The notes beneath the pieces were generated by a model. The model did not search any database, had not been told where the DNA came from, and saw only the letters and a list, made by a program, of their open reading frames with translations. A program made the translations under genes and the position numbers. This document shows positions 57,179 through 64,000 of a stretch of DNA of 64,000 nt, piece after piece. Positions within the stretch are counted from its first letter, which is position 1. Every line of letters begins with the position of its first letter. Source of the stretch: Oscillospiraceae bacterium (GTDB lineage: Bacteria; Bacillota; Clostridia; Oscillospirales; CAG-272); contig SVSH01000003.1 in NCBI GenBank assembly GCA_015064395.1, positions 46,328-110,327 of the forward strand, read 5' to 3'.

Positions 57179-58351
57179 TTAAATTTCATCATTTTTTCTC
57201 CTGATTATCAATGCCTTTATTCGCTCACAAAGCGTTTCAAACTCCGGATGGTTATGAAGTGACGCAAATCTTTTGTCTTTGAGAGTTTCCAAATAATCGC
57301 TGGGGTAAATCAAGTAGCATGAACCCATATTTTGAATTTCCATGTCCATACATATCAGACGCTCCTTTGCCCCGTCGGGATCGTTATATCTGTCATCATA
57401 CTGCTCTTTGGCGCGCCATTCTATTCCATCAAGGAAACGACACGATGTGGGCAAAAGCACCTCATCTGTGATCTTCATCGTTTCCTCAAGCAATTCTACC
57501 GCTTTTGTTATTTTCATCATTGCTTCTTTGATTTCACCATTTGCTAACAAGCGAGCAGCGGATTTAAATCCAAGCTCTAGTCTGTCAGCCACCCACATAT
57601 CAGGCCGGTCATCTGTTGCATCACAGCGTATCAGAGCAAGCATATTCTCCATAAACTCATCAGCTGCATTTTGAATTTCGCAACTTGCCTCCCAGTTATG
57701 AAGATACAGTGAGCACAGAAGCGTACGGAATGCATCATATAATTGAAATCTTCTCTCCGGTTCAAATCGTTCAGCGTCCTTTAATTTCCAATACCGGTCA
57801 AAGAGCAAAGCACGTCTGGAGCAATCACTGGCTGTAGTATATTTTTTGAGAAAATCATCCAAATTCTCTTCATCCTCAATATTTGCCATTGTTCTAATGA
57901 CGCGCGAAGACATAGGATGCCGACTAAAATATGCTTCCGCTAACAAACGTACCTCGGGAAGTATCTTAGGGTCGCGGAAGGCGCGGTTGTTTCCTTCAAC
58001 CCACGGCCGCCATGCAGAGTCGCTATTCAGATAATTTCTGCGTATGTCACGAAGGAGCGTTACAATTCTTTCAGCGTCATAATCACGCTTCATACATTCG
58101 CGGCGAAGCTCATCGAACGTTTCCACCGCGCGTTTTTCTTTCTCAATCTGCGGCATACCGAGAAGCTCGTCTACCGTGACAGAAAGAAGTTCGGAAATGG
58201 CAGGTATGAGTTCAAGATCAGGATAGGTCGTGCCGTTTTCCCAACGGCTGACAGATTGATATGATACGCCTAAACGATCGGCAAGAGCCTCTTGTGTCAG
58301 ATCGTTTTTCTTTCTAAAATTGCGTATATTTTCACCAATAGTAAGTTTCAT
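57179..58351 (-). CDS. XRE-family HTH regulator with a large (about 320 aa) helical C-terminal domain of unknown function
   Basis: MKLTIGENIRNFRKKNDLTQEALADRLGVSYQSVSRWENG is a Cro/C1 HTH. Start taken at the internal ATG (MKLT...) behind GGGAGG; the coordinate comes from codon arithmetic on the ORF-track entry. The gene is visibly AT-richer than its flanks. Confidence 0.75.
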   Translation of the reverse strand: MKLTIGENIRNFRKKNDLTQEALADRLGVSYQSVSRWENGTTYPDLELIPAISELLSVTVDELLGMPQIEKEKRAVETFDELRRECMKRDYDAERIVTLLRDIRRNYLNSDSAWRPWVEGNNRAFRDPKILPEVRLLAEAYFSRHPMSSRVIRTMANIEDEENLDDFLKKYTTASDCSRRALLFDRYWKLKDAERFEPERRFQLYDAFRTLLCSLYLHNWEASCEIQNAADEFMENMLALIRCDATDDRPDMWVADRLELGFKSAARLLANGEIKEAMMKITKAVELLEETMKITDEVLLPTSCRFLDGIEWRAKEQYDDRYNDPDGAKERLICMDMEIQNMGSCYLIYPSDYLETLKDKRFASLHNHPEFETLCERIKALIIRRKNDEI

Positions 58352-58534
58352 ATTTTCCTCCCATGTATTTCTTCCTTGCAAAGAGTTATTTCTGTCGACA
58401 TCCATATTATAATTCGAAAATATCAAAAAATCAATAACTCATTTTGAGAGAATTATTCTCACTTTCCGAGAGATCGTTGGGATAAAACAGCCCCCAACAA
58501 GTAAATTCTCATTGGAGGCCATCTTTGCTTAATT

Positions 58535-59380
58535 TCACCCTTCCGTCTTGGACAGCCAATCGGCGACGACGAAGTCCTGCAGCTTACGCAGGGTGTCGGG
58601 GTCTTTACCCCCGACGCTCTCACCGTCCAGTTCCCTTGCGGACAGGCACAAGGAACCTGCGCTGGAGACGATGATCTCGTCCGCATCGCGCAGCTCCCGC
58701 ATGGTGAAGATGCGCTCCTCGACGGGAATGCCAAGCGTTTTACTTGCCTCGATCAGGTGCGCTCTGCCAACACCGGGCAGGATATACTCGTCAGCGGGAG
58801 GGGTGATAAACACACCGTTCTTCAGAATAGACACGTTGGAGTGGGAGCACTCGGTGACGCGGTCGCCGCGGTGCATGACCGTTTCATCCACGCCGGCCCG
58901 GGCCGCCATCTCGGCAGTCAGCACGCTGGGCAGGAGGTTGAGGGTCTTCATGTTACAATACAGGTATCTTCTGTCCTCGGCAGACACCAAGCGGATGGGC
59001 GTATATACCGGCTTGATGGGCATATGGCGCAACATGATCATGAGATTGGATTTCTGCTCTCCCTCGGGAAAGCTGTGGTCGCGCAAAGCACTTCCGCGCG
59101 TGGCCTGCCAATAGACAAACTGCTCGCCGTCATCCACACGGCGAACCAGCTCGCGTAACAGCGCGCTCAATTCTTCCGCGGGCATGGGCTCGGCGATCTC
59201 CAGGCGCGCCAGGTTGGTATAAAACCTTGCAATATGCTCATCGAGCGCATAGATGATATGATTTCTCGTATAAGCGGCGTCGTAAATGCCGTCGCCAAAG
59301 TAAAGGCCGCGGTCGGTCATGGGGACCTTCATGTCCTCAATCAGACCGATCTCGCCGTTATAGTATCCTAAATTACGCAT
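58535..59380 (-). CDS. Class IV aminotransferase, D-amino-acid transaminase-like
   Basis: 281 aa. ...RGLYFGDGIYDA..., ...CNMKTLNLLPSVL... (catalytic Lys context), ...ECSHSNV..., ...ILPGVGR... Confidence 0.7.
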   Translation of the reverse strand: MRNLGYYNGEIGLIEDMKVPMTDRGLYFGDGIYDAAYTRNHIIYALDEHIARFYTNLARLEIAEPMPAEELSALLRELVRRVDDGEQFVYWQATRGSALRDHSFPEGEQKSNLMIMLRHMPIKPVYTPIRLVSAEDRRYLYCNMKTLNLLPSVLTAEMAARAGVDETVMHRGDRVTECSHSNVSILKNGVFITPPADEYILPGVGRAHLIEASKTLGIPVEERIFTMRELRDADEIIVSSAGSLCLSARELDGESVGGKDPDTLRKLQDFVVADWLSKTEG

Positions 59381-59501
59381 ATATATGTATCTCCTCTGGT
59401 TTGGTAAAGGATTTCGTACTCTTTACTATTATATCACAAAACAACGCTACTTGCAACACGTTCTTACAATTATTCCTTGAAAAAAGTTTTCGACTTTATT
59501 A

Positions 59502-59530
59502 TTTACACAGCCCGGTTTCTGTGATATAAT
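59502..59530 (+). promoter_or_regulatory. Sigma-A-type promoter for the LRR lipoprotein gene
   Basis: TTTACA 59502..59507, 17 nt spacer ending in TGA (extended -10), TATAAT 59525..59530. Confidence 0.6.
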
Positions 59531-59562
59531 ACATTTATCACATATTTTCAGGAGAAAACAAT

Positions 59563-60672
59563 ATGAGAACGCTTCGAAACATTCTTTGCCTGTTGCTGTC
59601 GTTGCTGTTGGCAACGTCAATGCTCGTTGCCTGCTCGCCGTCCCAACCAAATGACAATACGGAAACGCCTTCTCCCGACGGTACGGCAAGCGACACACAG
59701 GGCCTTCAGTTCAAATTGATCAACGGCACTTACACCGTCACCGGCTATACAGGAACGATCTCGGACCTCACCGTTCCCGCCCAGCATCAAGGCGTGTCGG
59801 TTACCGCCATTGGAGGCACTGCCTTCAAGGACTCTCAGGCTTTGGTCAGTGTGTCCCTGCCCGCTACCATCGAGACCATCGGGCAGCAGGCATTTTATTC
59901 TTGCACCGCTCTGGAGAGCATCTCCCTTCCGGATGGACTGGTCAGCATTGGAGACAATGCGTTTGACGGGTGTACAAAACTGTCCGACGTTACCCTGCCC
60001 GACACGCTGACGAGCATCGGGAAATTCGCCTTTGCTTTTACCGGCCTTGTAAGCATTACCATTCCTGAATCCGTGGCGGAAATTGGAATAGGGGTCTTTT
60101 CGGCCTGCAAAAGGCTGGATACCATTCTGGTTGATTCGGACAACACCACGTATCATGCCAATGAAAACTGCCTGATCCACACAGAGGAAAAGCGATTGCT
60201 TGCCGTCAGCACCGAGTGCATCATTCCCGTGGATGCCGATGTAACGGCTATCGGCGACAACGTGTTTGCCTACCGCGACCAGCTGACATCCGTCATCATT
60301 CCGGATCAGATCACGCAGATCGGTCGCAATGCTTTTATGGGGTGCACGAATATCACCACCCTGACCATTCCCGATAGCGTAGTCGAGATCGGCGAGGGCG
60401 CGTTTTCGTTCTGCCATTCCCTCATCAGCTTAGAAATTCCTCATTCCGTGACGGAAATCAAGGACAGCACCTTCTCCTACTGCTCTTCCTTGTTCGAGGT
60501 TATTCTGCACAACACCATGACCGGCATTGGTGCACAAGCCTTCTCGGATTGCAAGGCACTGGCAAGTATTGTATTCTTGGGAACCGAAGGAGAATGGGAT
60601 CAAATTTCCTTGGGAGATGCCTGGGATGAGAACACCGGAGCATACGACCTCGATTTCAGACCCGAAGCCTAA
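59563..60672 (+). CDS. Surface lipoprotein with BspA-type leucine-rich repeats (LRR_5)
   Basis: Signal peptide with lipobox LVAC. Repeated units of the form ...L.S(I/V).(I/L)P.(S/T)(V/L).(E/S)IG..AF..C..L... Confidence 0.8.
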   Translation: MRTLRNILCLLLSLLLATSMLVACSPSQPNDNTETPSPDGTASDTQGLQFKLINGTYTVTGYTGTISDLTVPAQHQGVSVTAIGGTAFKDSQALVSVSLPATIETIGQQAFYSCTALESISLPDGLVSIGDNAFDGCTKLSDVTLPDTLTSIGKFAFAFTGLVSITIPESVAEIGIGVFSACKRLDTILVDSDNTTYHANENCLIHTEEKRLLAVSTECIIPVDADVTAIGDNVFAYRDQLTSVIIPDQITQIGRNAFMGCTNITTLTIPDSVVEIGEGAFSFCHSLISLEIPHSVTEIKDSTFSYCSSLFEVILHNTMTGIGAQAFSDCKALASIVFLGTEGEWDQISLGDAWDENTGAYDLDFRPEA

Positions 60673-60684
60673 TATCATCGACTC

Positions 60685-60719
60685 GCAGGAGATCTGCCCC
60701 CGCAGATCTCCTGCTTTTT
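60685..60719 (+). terminator. Intrinsic terminator after the LRR gene
   Basis: GCAGGAGATCTGC-CCCC-GCAGATCTCCTGC followed by TTTTT. Confidence 0.85.
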
Positions 60720-60874
60720 GATTGTTTTGGAAATAGTTGCGTTTCACATGAAATATTCCCCGCCTGTGTCAAAATATAGGCATAGCATTTTGCACAAAAT
60801 TGACAAAAGTACCTTTACATGGGGGGCGACGTGTGGTAAAATGACATGAGAATACATATCCTGGAGGTTTGTTT

Positions 60875-63800
60875 ATGTTCCCATCCCGCCCCCCGAAAAC
60901 AAAGATCTCTCTCCTGCGCTGTGTCCTGGTGCTACTGACACTGGTACTGGCACTCGGCGTGCTGTTTGCCTGCAAGCCGGGCACGCCCCCCGACCAACCC
61001 GATGATCCGCCTGACAACGGAGGCGATGAGGGCGACAAAACTCCGCCGGAGGAACCTTACGTTCCCAACACCGAGCCTCTCGTCCGCGAGGAAGGCATCC
61101 TGTATATTCAGACCTCCGGAACGTATCAATGTAATTCAGAAAATCAGGACTTGGCCTTTATCCACCTCTCGCGCGGTACGACGTTGGACTATTGCCGCTT
61201 CGCTGACGGCTACAACACCATCATGTACAAGTTCGACATCCACACCAAATATGAGCCGCTGTTGGAATTCACGATTGGTAACGACTACATGATCGAGATC
61301 TCCCCCGACGGCAAGGAATGGACGAAGGTCTTTAACTGGTTGGACGAAAACGACACCTGCCGCGACCGCAGCAACGAGTCTGTGTTTACCATCGATCCTT
61401 ACGAGTGGGAAGTCTATGACATCTGCTATCTCCGCTTCTCAGACCCCTCCAAGTCGGACGGCTGCGGCCCCTGCATTACCAAATTCACTTTTTCTTATTA
61501 CGAGGACAGCAAATTGGAAAGCTTGAATATTTTTAATCTGAACGAAAACATGTACGACATTTTGGACGATCTCAGCTACTCTACCCCTTCCGCTTCTGAG
61601 GTCGACACCTACGAGATCGCGTCTGATGGCGGTCTGATCTACAATCCCATCTCGCGCGAAAAAGTAGCTGAGCTGAGCAAATACAACAATGCCGACTGCT
61701 TCACCGGCTCCATCAAAAAGACGGTCAACGGCGTGGAATACACGCTGACCTATAAGATCCCCAAAAAGGCAACCGCATACGATGCCGTTCCGATCTGGTA
61801 TGAGGTGACCTCCTCCAAGAATTCCAGCGCCATCGTATACGTCAATGCGACCGCGTTTGAAGACGCAGAGCGCGAGGATGGCAAGCTGTATTACGATCTG
61901 ACTCTGCCCGGTACGGTCGACGTCACGTGGGACTACCTGGGCTACGTCGGTGGATCGGACAGACTGGGCAACCGCGCACAGGTCTCTACCAAATTTGAAA
62001 ACTACAAGCAGGGCGTGAAGTATCCGCAGTACGAGAGCACCGAGCTCATCCACTCCGGCGACGTCAAGTCCCATTCGATCCTTTGGTGGAAGTTCCGCTA
62101 TACCAACACGGGTAACACCGTGCTCGACGGCGACGGCAACGGCACCTTCTGCTTCGAGGGCCTCTTGTTCCGCAAGGAGAACGGCGTCTGGAAGCAGGTC
62201 GCCAAGATGGAGAACAATTACAACCGTATCATCGACGAGGTCTATCCCGGCGAGAGCGGCGAGATGTACTTCACCTTCCAGGATGCTTACAATCTGAAGG
62301 AGGGCGAATACAAGATCGTCATCAACGGTCTTGTACGCAACGAAACCACAGACCCTGAAAATTACTTTACCAAGATCTGGGGCGGCCACACCTACACCCA
62401 GTCCGAATTCACCTTTGAGATCACCAACAAAGGTAGCCAAAAGACCCCCGCAAACGTTGTCAAGACGATCACTGCCTCGCCCACCCGCAACCGCTGGCTG
62501 CACACCTACGAGGAGTTTATGACCAGCTTTGACAGCCTGCTTTCCGGTACCAAAACCACGGGAACCTCCGGAACGATGTATCTGCAGTGTGCTCCCTGGA
62601 CGGAGCAGGTCGTACTTCGCCTGATCGTTGGTAACGGTGACACCATGGAGGCTGTTTCCATTCCGATCGACATTGAAAGCGACTCCATCAAGATCAACTT
62701 CAACCCTGACAATGAAAACTACGTGGTGCTTGAGGACGGTACCCGCTTCCCTGCCATCACGGCGCAGTCCATGGCGGATATGCGCGGTAACGTACAGCTC
62801 GGTCCCGATGCCGCGTTCAATATCATTGACAATCTTCTGGCCATGAAGGAGATCGGTATCAATCTGATCAACACAACGGCTGCATTTGAATTCGATGCAT
62901 CTTTCGGCACCAACCGTGCCAATAACATTGATGCCTGCTGGTTCTCCTTGGACGTTGCCCGCGCGCTGGGACTCAAGCTGCAGGGCTGGATCACCTATCC
63001 CTACGAGTCCTCCAACTCGCTCAGTCAAGCCAACAAGCTGTTCGGAACCAATCTGGTCGAGGCCGGCTTCGGCTCTAAGGATCTGGCGACCGCTAACGGA
63101 ATGAATGCCGTTTGGCAATACCAACGCTGGGGCGACAACTACTGGATCGGCGGTGACAAGACCGTTGTTTTAGACGTTGAGGATACCCGTGGCTGGATGC
63201 GCGTGGACTTCAATGCCCGTTTCCGTATAGATGCCTCCTCCAAGCAATACTTCCGCTTCTTCTTGATGGATCTGTACGACAGTGATATTGACGTACTCAA
63301 CGATGACTGGGGCACAAGCTACTCTTCGTTCGACGAGATCGACCCCGAGGAAGGCACGTCGGATGACCACGGCTGGGCAAGCTACAAGAACGATAACATC
63401 GTCTTTGCCGAATGGAGCCGCCCGCTTGAGGTTTTGGATATGTTCCGCACCCTGGAGCGCGTCCAAGACTATCAGCGAGTACTTGAGGCAGCCAAGGAGA
63501 CGCTTCCCACGGCCAAGATCAGTTTGAGAACCGAGGGTGCAAACTGGCTGGCAACGGTGGATCCCGACTCCACGAACTCGCACTACCGCCACGTCTATTA
63601 CAGCCAGCGTCGCTGCGGTATCATCCCCGAGCTGATGGCAGAATCGGAGGTGCTGTACGCCGCTTCTGACTACACGACGCTTCCCTACACCCCCAGCGAG
63701 GTGGCTGATCTGACCCGCAAGAGCATCGAGAACGGTATCGTCCCCATGCTTCTGCCTCAGTTCAACCGTATGCGCGATATCGCCATCAACGACAAGTACG

Positions 63801-64000
63801 GTACTGATTACACCTACGAATACAATCTGGATGCCCGCGAGGCAACCAAGGGCGCGTATATCAGCACCATCTGCTCCCTGTTTGAATGGTTCCGTGCCAC
63901 CTACGAAAACGGCGGCGTGCCCGGCATTCTGTGGCAGGACTACCTGTGCGACGGTTACGCAACGGCAACCCAGCGCAAGGAGATCGCTTTCTTCACGCAG
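60875..64000 (+). CDS. Very large secreted lipoprotein (over 1041 aa; the gene runs off the window). The C-terminal part looks like a glycoside-hydrolase TIM barrel (GH42-like); the N-terminal ~600 aa are unassigned
   Basis: Absent from the ORF track because there is no stop before the window end. I translated 60875..64000 manually in frame and found no stop. GGAGG SD. MFPSRPPKTKISLLRCVLVLLTLVLALGVLFAC (lipobox LFAC), then a Pro/Asp-rich linker. ...LNDDWGTSYSSFDEIDPEE... resembles the GH42 beta-galactosidase region. The function call is low confidence. Confidence 0.7.
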   Translation, partial: MFPSRPPKTKISLLRCVLVLLTLVLALGVLFACKPGTPPDQPDDPPDNGGDEGDKTPPEEPYVPNTEPLVREEGILYIQTSGTYQCNSENQDLAFIHLSRGTTLDYCRFADGYNTIMYKFDIHTKYEPLLEFTIGNDYMIEISPDGKEWTKVFNWLDENDTCRDRSNESVFTIDPYEWEVYDICYLRFSDPSKSDGCGPCITKFTFSYYEDSKLESLNIFNLNENMYDILDDLSYSTPSASEVDTYEIASDGGLIYNPISREKVAELSKYNNADCFTGSIKKTVNGVEYTLTYKIPKKATAYDAVPIWYEVTSSKNSSAIVYVNATAFEDAEREDGKLYYDLTLPGTVDVTWDYLGYVGGSDRLGNRAQVSTKFENYKQGVKYPQYESTELIHSGDVKSHSILWWKFRYTNTGNTVLDGDGNGTFCFEGLLFRKENGVWKQVAKMENNYNRIIDEVYPGESGEMYFTFQDAYNLKEGEYKIVINGLVRNETTDPENYFTKIWGGHTYTQSEFTFEITNKGSQKTPANVVKTITASPTRNRWLHTYEEFMTSFDSLLSGTKTTGTSGTMYLQCAPWTEQVVLRLIVGNGDTMEAVSIPIDIESDSIKINFNPDNENYVVLEDGTRFPAITAQSMADMRGNVQLGPDAAFNIIDNLLAMKEIGINLINTTAAFEFDASFGTNRANNIDACWFSLDVARALGLKLQGWITYPYESSNSLSQANKLFGTNLVEAGFGSKDLATANGMNAVWQYQRWGDNYWIGGDKTVVLDVEDTRGWMRVDFNARFRIDASSKQYFRFFLMDLYDSDIDVLNDDWGTSYSSFDEIDPEEGTSDDHGWASYKNDNIVFAEWSRPLEVLDMFRTLERVQDYQRVLEAAKETLPTAKISLRTEGANWLATVDPDSTNSHYRHVYYSQRRCGIIPELMAESEVLYAASDYTTLPYTPSEVADLTRKSIENGIVPMLLPQFNRMRDIAINDKYGTDYTYEYNLDAREATKGAYISTICSLFEWFRATYENGGVPGILWQDYLCDGYATATQRKEIAFFTQ

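Noticed and set aside
58430-58525. Short ORFs upstream of the XRE regulator (27 aa and 17 aa) as candidate signalling pro-peptides
   Set aside because: They have no convincing SD, no signal peptide or export motif, and I cannot test conservation. They are mentioned only inside the XRE-island finding and not annotated.
61439-63124. 561-aa ORF antisense to the large lipoprotein gene
   Set aside because: The plus strand is open in one frame from 60875 to the window end, with SD, lipobox and coherent protein sequence. The antisense translation is low-complexity.
1-64000. CRISPR arrays, transposases, integrases, toxin-antitoxin pairs or known defence systems
   Set aside because: No regularly spaced direct repeats and no ORFs with recombinase, nuclease or defence signatures were seen. 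The only mobility-related traces are the tRNA 3' echoes reported above.

Overview
This is a chromosomal window from a Firmicutes/Clostridia-type genome. The evidence is AGGAGG-type Shine-Dalgarno sites, a T-box and a TPP riboswitch, the sporulation-associated yabP/yabQ/divIC/spoVB-like genes, and GC in the upper 50s % judged by eye. Most of it is core housekeeping.

A roughly 21 kb co-directional minus-strand array runs argG-argH-argF, cdaA, recJ, rel, dtd, hemZ, mtaD, yabM-like flippase, mazG, hup, yabO, yabP, yabQ, divIC, smpB. Other content:
- rhaBAD
- polA
- comEC
- a GH38 alpha-mannosidase next to a DUF5058/M20 peptidase cluster
- a TPP-riboswitch-controlled thiT
- a PadR/DUF4097 module
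- two tRNAs, CAU and Tyr
- surface lipoproteins at the right end

I found no CRISPR array, transposase, integrase or recognisable defence system.

The most interesting locus is 48.3-57.2 kb. A consensus promoter and a T-box leader (probable Leu CUC specifier) precede four tightly packed genes with no canonical leuBCD:
- a LeuA-like protein whose catalytic and metal-binding residues are all substituted
- a xylose-isomerase-like TIM barrel fused to an AMP-forming acyl-CoA ligase
- IlvE
- a full-length pyruvate:ferredoxin oxidoreductase

I propose this as a candidate leucine-starvation-induced route from a branched-chain fatty acid (isovalerate) to leucine: acyl-CoA activation, ferredoxin-dependent reductive carboxylation, then transamination. 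This is an inference and needs experiment.

Secondary observations:
- tRNA 3'-end echo fragments downstream of both tRNAs
- a CdaR/YbbR reduced to its membrane anchor
- a single-gene low-GC island encoding an XRE regulator with a large C-terminal domain

The ORF track translates TTG and GTG starts as M, so several starts were re-assigned from SD spacing.
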